Origin: Patescibacteria group bacterium
Lineage (GTDB): Bacteria; Patescibacteriota; Minisyncoccia; UBA6257; 2-01-FULL-56-20
Assembly: GCA_028865305.1 (NCBI GenBank)
Contig: JAGWKM010000002.1
Location: 3,236 to 67,235 of the forward strand
Direction of reading: 5' to 3'
Length of the DNA stretch: 64,000 nucleotides
Shown here: positions 57,777-64,000 of the stretch, piece by piece
Layout of the letters: each line of letters opens with the position of its first letter
How positions within the stretch are numbered: position 1 is the stretch's first letter
Position numbers and translations under genes: made by a program
The notes under the pieces: generated by a model
What the model was told of the DNA's origin: nothing
Database searches by the model: none
The model's input: only the letters and a program-made list of their open reading frames with translations

Positions 57777-58289
57777 TTATTTTCGTTCGGGGCGCCGATG
57801 CGGTTGGTGCCGCTTGCGGCGCTCCAGCAGGAAATCGCTTGCTTGTTTTAAAACTTTCCGCGTGTCGCCGTATTTCTTGCCGATGATGTTTACCGCATCG
57901 CGGTGCAGGAACCAGCCAAAACCGCTGTGTTCGCGCGGATCGATGCGGATATCGGCCTTATGGGTTTCAGCAAGGAAGAGGATCACGGTGTCATAGATGC
58001 CCTCGTTGCCGATGCGAAAATAATAACGTTCGTAGGCGCGGAAGTTAGGGACAATCCGCAGCTCCGTTTTCTTAATTCCCGTTTCCTCCTCCAGCTCGCG
58101 CAGAGCCGTATCAATGCTCCGCTCGCCAGGTTCAAAGTGCCCCTTGGGGAAATTCCAATAATTTCCGCGCCGGTAGAGTAGGAGAAATTTGATCCCATCC
58201 GTCGTTTTCCGATAGACCACAAAACCGGCCACGACCTGTTTCTTGGTCGGCGGTTTTTCGTGGGTATGATTTTCACCTGGAGTAATCAT
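57777..58289 (-). CDS. NUDIX hydrolase (Ap4A hydrolase-like)
   Basis: WNFPKGHFEPGE...TALRELEEETGI. Confidence 0.92.
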   Translation of the reverse strand: MITPGENHTHEKPPTKKQVVAGFVVYRKTTDGIKFLLLYRRGNYWNFPKGHFEPGERSIDTALRELEEETGIKKTELRIVPNFRAYERYYFRIGNEGIYDTVILFLAETHKADIRIDPREHSGFGWFLHRDAVNIIGKKYGDTRKVLKQASDFLLERRKRHQPHRRPERK

Positions 58290-58488
58290 TGGACATTTGG
58301 ATAATTTATGATATCATATGCACAGCAAATTGCAATGCAGGAGAAATGCCGTGTTTTTATCATCGCGAGTTGACTTTGAGGGGTGTGAAATTATCGATTT
58401 GCCCGCCGAGTTTTTATTTTAAAACCGGTCAAAATCGCCCCGGGAAAGATGGCTGATGCCCGATGATTTCAGCGAACAAAACGGACTC

Positions 58489-60168
58489 CTACCACTCAAG
58501 CTCTCCCGTCACGCTTTTCACTTCCTCCAGGGTTGTCTCGCCGAGGAGCGCTTTCAATATCCCGTCCTGCTGCATGGTGACCATGCCCTGATCTTTCGCC
58601 ACATTGCGCAAGGCGACTTCCGACGCCTCTTGCAAAATAACCTGCTCCAGTCCCGGCCCTCCCTCGAGAAACTCAAAAATGCCGATGCGCCCCCGGTAGC
58701 CGATGCCGCTGCATTTTTCACAGCCAACCGGGTCGAAAATCTTGAAATCCTTATATGGTCCGCGGTTCACCCTTTCTGGCAGTTTTTCCAAAAATTGCCC
58801 GATTTTTTTATTCAATTGGAGGTCGAGCGGCGCTTCCTTTTTGCAATCCGGGCAGAGCACGCGGACCAGACGCTGGGCGATCACGAGCGCGAGCGCCGGA
58901 CCAATGGAAACCGCTTTTACGCCGAGATTGATAAGCCGCGGCACCGCGCCCACGGCGTCGTTTGTGTGTAAAGTCGAAAAAACGAGGTGGCCGGTAAGCG
59001 CCGCCTGCATCGCAATGTCCGCGGTTTCGAGGTCGCGGATTTCACCGACAAGAATGACATCCGGATCCTGCCGCACGATCGCCCGCAGGCCGTTCGCAAA
59101 GGTATAACCAGCTTCCTCATCCACCTGAGTTTGCTCAATCCCCTCGATGCGGTATTCGATCGGATCCTCGAGCGTGATGATTTTGAGTGTTGGGTCGTTG
59201 ATGGTCCTCAGGAACGCGTAAAGCGTGGTTGTCTTACCGGAACCTGTCGGGCCGGTGTTTAAGATTGCGCCATTCGGCCGCTCAAGCTCCCGCTTCACGA
59301 GTTCCATGTTGTCCGGCCGCAAACCAAGCTGCTCCAAACCCACCATGGTCGCTTGCGGATCCAGGATCCTCATTACGATCGTTTCGCCGAACTCCGCCGG
59401 AATTACCGATACGCGCATTTCCACCTCGCGCCCCGCAAGATTGATCGTGAACCGGCCGTCCTGCGCTTCGTCGTGGACATTCAGCTTCATTCCCGCAAGC
59501 AGCTTGATGCGTGAAGCAAAATTTTCATAAAGCGGCCGGAGCGGCATATTATCAAACGCATCGTGTAGTAAACCATCAACGCGCAGCCGGATTTTCGCCA
59601 TTTTTTCACCTGCTTCCGTATGAATATCCGACGCGCGCACCGCAAGCGCACCGGCCAAAATAATCTGGATTACATCCACCGGCGATGTTTTGGCGAAGTT
59701 CAGGCCTTCAAATTCTTTTTTGATTGCCTCAAGCGTCGTGAGGCGCGCCTTTAATTCCTCGAGTCGGTTCTTTGATATCATCACGGTGCCGGTGATGTCC
59801 TCTGATTGCGGTTTGATGAATTTATAGAAATGAAATGCCGAATTCAGGCTGGAGGGCGAAACCACAAACACTTTTACCTGAAAGTGTTTCGACTCAAGGT
59901 CGCGGATCACTTTTTTGGTCGCCGGCAATTCTGGATTCACGGTAACAAGCGCCACCTCTTCCGCCCTCACCTGAATCACTGCCGCTTTTCCGTTCCGGGC
60001 ATCTTCCTCCGGCACCACCTTCACTGCGTCGAGGGAAACCGGCATCTTGGAAAGGTCGGCGTAGGGCAGGTTGAGTTTCTCTGCAAGGCGTTGAGCCGCA
60101 CGTTCTTCCCCATCCCGGCGGAGTTTCAGTAATTTTGCCTGTAAATCGGTGAGTGGCGTGTCGGGCAT
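58489..60168 (-). CDS. pilB: Type IV pilus assembly ATPase (PilB/GspE family)
   Basis: ASDIH, QDGRF, TGPTGSGKTTT, LEDPIEY, RQDPDVILVGEIRD, STLHTN, CPDC..CEKC. Confidence 0.93.
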   Translation of the reverse strand: MPDTPLTDLQAKLLKLRRDGEERAAQRLAEKLNLPYADLSKMPVSLDAVKVVPEEDARNGKAAVIQVRAEEVALVTVNPELPATKKVIRDLESKHFQVKVFVVSPSSLNSAFHFYKFIKPQSEDITGTVMISKNRLEELKARLTTLEAIKKEFEGLNFAKTSPVDVIQIILAGALAVRASDIHTEAGEKMAKIRLRVDGLLHDAFDNMPLRPLYENFASRIKLLAGMKLNVHDEAQDGRFTINLAGREVEMRVSVIPAEFGETIVMRILDPQATMVGLEQLGLRPDNMELVKRELERPNGAILNTGPTGSGKTTTLYAFLRTINDPTLKIITLEDPIEYRIEGIEQTQVDEEAGYTFANGLRAIVRQDPDVILVGEIRDLETADIAMQAALTGHLVFSTLHTNDAVGAVPRLINLGVKAVSIGPALALVIAQRLVRVLCPDCKKEAPLDLQLNKKIGQFLEKLPERVNRGPYKDFKIFDPVGCEKCSGIGYRGRIGIFEFLEGGPGLEQVILQEASEVALRNVAKDQGMVTMQQDGILKALLGETTLEEVKSVTGELEW

Positions 60169-60271
60169 AAGATTATTGTATCATTCTTTCCGCGCTTACT
60201 TGACAAGTTAATATTATATGATGTATAATATAATCAGCAGTTGGCCATAAAATCCAGTTTTGAGGTGATTT

Positions 60272-60913
60272 ATGAAGAAGCTTCTTGCGTTGTTTTCGCT
60301 TTTGGCGGCGCCGCTTGCCGCCCAGAGCATTCTGACCTTTGGTCTTGGCCGATTTCCGGGGTCGGACGTAACCCTGGAAAACGATACTACCGATGCCGTT
60401 CTCCAGCTTATGGTGAACGGCAAAATGATCCGGGGGTATATGCCTTATGCCAGCACCCCGTGGCATGGCTTTTTCGGCCCAGGATTCGGCGACTTGGCCA
60501 TGAAGGTGTGGGCCTGTTCGTCGATCACGTCGACGACGGTCTATGCCGCCGGCATTCCGGACTGGGCGACTGATCCGACGATCGTAGGAGGGCTGGCTAT
60601 AACCGAAGGGTTCCTGGATAGCCAGCCTTCAGAACCTGTCCTCCACCGCCGGATCGAGGATTTGAAACGAACCCTCGACCAACAGAAGAGACTCGGCCGG
60701 AAGGATATGAAGAAAGATCTCGACTTCTGGTATAAGGGGGTTAAACGGGTCGGCCTAGTTCACGAGGAACCGGTCTGCGTGAACGCGAAGACGATCGAGA
60801 TTCGTACGCGGATCGCGTATGACACCTTCGATCGGCTTGCGGTGCCGATCCGGATCACTGGCGACCGAGAGCGCGGCTACCGCGTTGAAGGCCCAGTAGA
60901 CCATTGGTATTGA
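60272..60913 (+). CDS. Secreted hypothetical protein
   Basis: Signal peptide MKKLLALFSLLAAPLAA, GAGGTG RBS, own promoter and terminator. Confidence 0.7.
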   Translation: MKKLLALFSLLAAPLAAQSILTFGLGRFPGSDVTLENDTTDAVLQLMVNGKMIRGYMPYASTPWHGFFGPGFGDLAMKVWACSSITSTTVYAAGIPDWATDPTIVGGLAITEGFLDSQPSEPVLHRRIEDLKRTLDQQKRLGRKDMKKDLDFWYKGVKRVGLVHEEPVCVNAKTIEIRTRIAYDTFDRLAVPIRITGDRERGYRVEGPVDHWY

Positions 60914-61130
60914 TTACCGGCGCCGGATGTCACGGACATCCGGCGCCACCCCAGCTTGCGGCGTGTCCGCGGCTGGGGCTTTTTTTTATCCAGGGAAGCA
61001 GTATGATTGAGGAGAAAAATGCCCAATGGCTAACACCCAATGAACATCCGAGGGGTGGAAATTTCCGATATATTAAGCCATTTCTTCTATTTGTTGGGCA
61101 TTAGGTATTAGATATTAGATATTCTCTCCC

Positions 61131-61688
61131 ATGTCCGGCCATTCCCATTGGGCAGGAATCAAACATAAGAAGGAGATCACCGACCAGAAGCGCGGAAAGG
61201 TCTTTTCTAAGCTCCTAGCGGCTATTTCAGTTGCCGCAAAAACGGAGCCGAACCCGGATTTTAACCCGCGGCTGCGGACCGCTGTTTTAAAAGCCAAAGA
61301 GATGAGTGTGCCGCAGGATAATATTGACCGCGCCATTAAAAAGGCTTCCGAGAGCGGCGCTAATCTTGAAGAGTTGCTTTTTGAGGCCTATGGCCCGGGC
61401 AGCACGGCAATCCTGATTGAGGCCGTAAGCGACAACCGGAACCGAACCGTGCAGGAAATAAAGACCATTTTGCGCGATTGCGGAGGCAAATGGGCGGAGA
61501 ACGGAAGCGTGCAGTGGGCATTTGAGCGCGCCGCAGGCAATCAGCAGCCGGCAATCGGCGACCAGGAGGGGTGGGTTGCGAAATTCCCACAGGAAATTTC
61601 AGGGGAGGACGGGGAAAAACTGGCAAAACTTATTGACGCGCTCGAAGAAAATGAGGGTGTCCAGAATGTGTATACAAACGCGGCATAA
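61131..61688 (+). CDS. yebC: YebC/PmpR family protein (short form)
   Basis: MSGHSHWAGIKHKK, EAYGPG, DNRNRT, VQNVYTN. Confidence 0.95.
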   Translation: MSGHSHWAGIKHKKEITDQKRGKVFSKLLAAISVAAKTEPNPDFNPRLRTAVLKAKEMSVPQDNIDRAIKKASESGANLEELLFEAYGPGSTAILIEAVSDNRNRTVQEIKTILRDCGGKWAENGSVQWAFERAAGNQQPAIGDQEGWVAKFPQEISGEDGEKLAKLIDALEENEGVQNVYTNAA

Positions 61689-61734
61689 TTTTTGAAAAAA
61701 AAGGATTCCTGCCCCGCGGGAATAACGCTTACAC

Positions 61735-62208
61735 ATGATTTCATTAGGCATAGATCCGGGAACCCGCAGAATCGGCTATGGATTGGTCGAAAAAAAACAT
61801 GCTGACGTCGGATTTATCACAGCTGGCCTTCTAAAGATTGAAAGCAAAAATGATATTCCGGCCCTGGAGGAAGTCAAAAGGGAAATCGACCGATTGATCA
61901 AGCAATACCAACCCGACGTGGTCGCGGTTGAGAAACTTTATTTCGCAAAAAACCAAAAGACGGGTATTGCGGTTGCCCAGGCGCGCGGCGTCGTCCTTTT
62001 GGCCGCAGCCGAATGCGGCATTTCCGTCAAGGAATACACGCCAAATGAAATCAAACTCGGCGTGACGGGGTATGGCTTCGCGGACAAAAAAGCGGTCCTC
62101 AAAATGGTTCGGTTGATCTTAAATAAACAGGATTTGAAGATAATCGACGACGCGAGCGATGCGCTCGCCATCGCTATAATGGGGTGCGGCGAAATATCCA
62201 CAGCTTGA
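61735..62208 (+). CDS. ruvC: Holliday junction resolvase RuvC
   Basis: LGIDPG, VEKLYF..N, QARGV, EYTP, DDASDALAIA. Confidence 0.96.
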   Translation: MISLGIDPGTRRIGYGLVEKKHADVGFITAGLLKIESKNDIPALEEVKREIDRLIKQYQPDVVAVEKLYFAKNQKTGIAVAQARGVVLLAAAECGISVKEYTPNEIKLGVTGYGFADKKAVLKMVRLILNKQDLKIIDDASDALAIAIMGCGEISTA

Positions 62209-62274
62209 CACGGCTTCCTCCTTTCCTATACTAGGAACATTAAAATCAACAAAGGTCGCAGAACTGAAATTTCT

Positions 62275-62478
62275 ATGCAACTTACCGCAATCGAACTCCT
62301 TGACCCGCGGCTCGCGTTCAGTAAATTAAGCGACGATCCGGACGGCGGGGAGGATGAAGATTTCCAGCCGGACCAAGAAGATTTGGACGATGATGAAATG
62401 GAGGATGATGAAATGAATCGGCCGGATTTCGACGATACAAAGGATGATGGGGACGACGAGGAAGAACCGGGGGAATAA
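62275..62478 (+). CDS. Small highly acidic protein
   Basis: 67 aa, D/E-rich; own promoter (TTGACA...TATACT) and terminator. Confidence 0.6.
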   Translation: MQLTAIELLDPRLAFSKLSDDPDGGEDEDFQPDQEDLDDDEMEDDEMNRPDFDDTKDDGDDEEEPGE

Positions 62479-62539
62479 ACCGAAAACAGCCTTCCATCGT
62501 ATTTGATGGAAGGCTGTTTTTATTGCATAATAGAAGCTT

Positions 62540-64000
62540 ATGGAGGAAGAAAAACGTTTTTCTGCCAAGCAGATCCTTAAAATCGTCGGCTTAGCCATTG
62601 CGGCACTTGCAGTCGTCTTTTTCTGCGTCATCCTTTATTTCATCAAAACCCTGCCCACCTTTCAACAAATAGCGGATCAGCGGATCAGCCAATCGACCAG
62701 GATCTACGACCGCACGGGAACCGTCCTGCTTTATGAGATTGGTGGCCAAAAACGGACCGTGGTCGGCTCCGATCAGATCCCGCAGACCCTTAAGGATGCC
62801 ACTATTGCGATTGAGGACCAAAATTTTTACAATGAGCCGGCTTTTGATATCAAAGGGATCCTCCGCGCCGCTTTTGCCGATATCGTTCACGGAGGAATCG
62901 TACAGGGCGGCTCGACCATCACCCAGCAGCTCGCTCGGGCCGCATTTCTAACCGATACCCGAACGTTCACCCGAAAACTGAAAGAGTTGATTATGGCAAT
63001 CCGGCTGAACGAATATTATACCAAGGACCAAATCCTCGGACTCTATTTGAATGAAGTCCCTTATGGACCGACGCTTTACGGCGTTGAATCGGCGAGCGAG
63101 GCATATTTCGGCGTTCCCGTTGAACAACTTGATCTCGCGCAAAGCGCGGTCTTGGCCGCCCTTCCGCAGGCGCCGAGCTATTATTCGCCATGGGGCAGCC
63201 ACACCCAGGACCTTTTTAACCGACAGAAGTTAGTGCTCCAAAAAATGCTTTCTTTGGGGAAAATAGACCAAAAACAATACAACCAGGCTATTGCCGAAAA
63301 GATTGTTTTCCAGCCAAAATCACTTGGTGGCATTAAAGCGCCGCATTTTGTTATGGCAATCCAGGATTACCTGACTCAAAAATACGGCGAAGACATGGTG
63401 GATACCGGCGGATTAAAAGTGATTACCACTCTTGACTGGAGTTTGCAGCAAGACGCGGAAAAGGCGGTTGAGGATGGCGTCGCGCGGAATACGCAACTGT
63501 ACGACTCGACAAATGGCGCATTGGTTGCCGAAGATCCCCAAACCGGCCAAATCCTCGCCCTTGTTGGCTCTGCCGATTATTTCGATACGAAAAATGACGG
63601 TAATTTCGACGTCGCGATCCAAGGCCTGCGCCAGCCAGGATCTTCGTTAAAGCCGTTTGTTTACCTGACTGCCTTTGAGGAGGGTTATACGCCCGACACT
63701 ATCCTTTTTGACGTGCCGACCGAATTCAGCACGGATTCATCCTGCCCTGCAATTCCTAATTTTAATGTAGTTAATAAAAATTGCTTCCATCCGCAAGATT
63801 TCGAGGGATATTTCTCGGGGCCGATGACTATTCGGGATGCATTGGCGCAATCAGTGAACGTCCCCGCGGTGAAAATGCTTTACTTAGTCGGCGAAAAGAG
63901 TGCAATCCAGAATGCTTATAATTTCGGGTTAACCACTTTGACCGACCCTTCAAGTTATGGCTTATCATTGGTCCTTGGCGGCGGCGCAGTGCATTTGATC
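62540..64000 (+). CDS. Class A penicillin-binding protein (transglycosylase/transpeptidase), runs off the window
   Basis: Not in the ORF track. MEEEKRF..TM..STRIYDRTG, AIEDQNFY, QGGSTITQQLAR, RQPGSSLKPFVY. Confidence 0.95.
   Translation, partial: MEEEKRFSAKQILKIVGLAIAALAVVFFCVILYFIKTLPTFQQIADQRISQSTRIYDRTGTVLLYEIGGQKRTVVGSDQIPQTLKDATIAIEDQNFYNEPAFDIKGILRAAFADIVHGGIVQGGSTITQQLARAAFLTDTRTFTRKLKELIMAIRLNEYYTKDQILGLYLNEVPYGPTLYGVESASEAYFGVPVEQLDLAQSAVLAALPQAPSYYSPWGSHTQDLFNRQKLVLQKMLSLGKIDQKQYNQAIAEKIVFQPKSLGGIKAPHFVMAIQDYLTQKYGEDMVDTGGLKVITTLDWSLQQDAEKAVEDGVARNTQLYDSTNGALVAEDPQTGQILALVGSADYFDTKNDGNFDVAIQGLRQPGSSLKPFVYLTAFEEGYTPDTILFDVPTEFSTDSSCPAIPNFNVVNKNCFHPQDFEGYFSGPMTIRDALAQSVNVPAVKMLYLVGEKSAIQNAYNFGLTTLTDPSSYGLSLVLGGGAVHLI

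Overview
This is a chromosomal segment of a reduced-genome bacterium. Gene content and style point to Patescibacteria/CPR (Parcubacteria-like); this placement is inference. It uses genetic code 11, since TGA is a stop and prfB has the CTT-TGA-C frameshift. The backbone includes xerC/D-like, rpsO, NYN, pnp, recA, ftsK, prfB, ftsEX, radC, dus, rlmB, ppsA, nusA, hppA, clpP, tyrS, infC-rpmI-rplT, pilB, yebC, ruvC and a class A PBP, plus four tRNAs (Leu-TAG, Thr-CGT, Ser-GGA, His-GTG) and tmRNA. Three signals are not explained by the gene list. (1) A cassette-like array at 10.9-13.6 kb, in which AT-rich genes (mostly pilin-like) are bracketed by conserved, mutually inverted L and R sites. A near-identical cassette with the same sites lies downstream of tmRNA and a GIY-YIG gene at 54.4-55.4 kb. 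(2) A ~215-nt structured element found twice, right after the stop codons of recA and infC, with covarying stems and conserved loops and bulges; it is a candidate new RNA motif. (3) Pervasive 7-nt-periodic micro-repeats, including a perfect (AGAATGG)15 tract in the xer leader and in-frame insertions inside conserved proteins. Several candidate sRNAs and many apparently leaderless genes were also noted. All calls come from reading the sequence by eye; no database searches were run.
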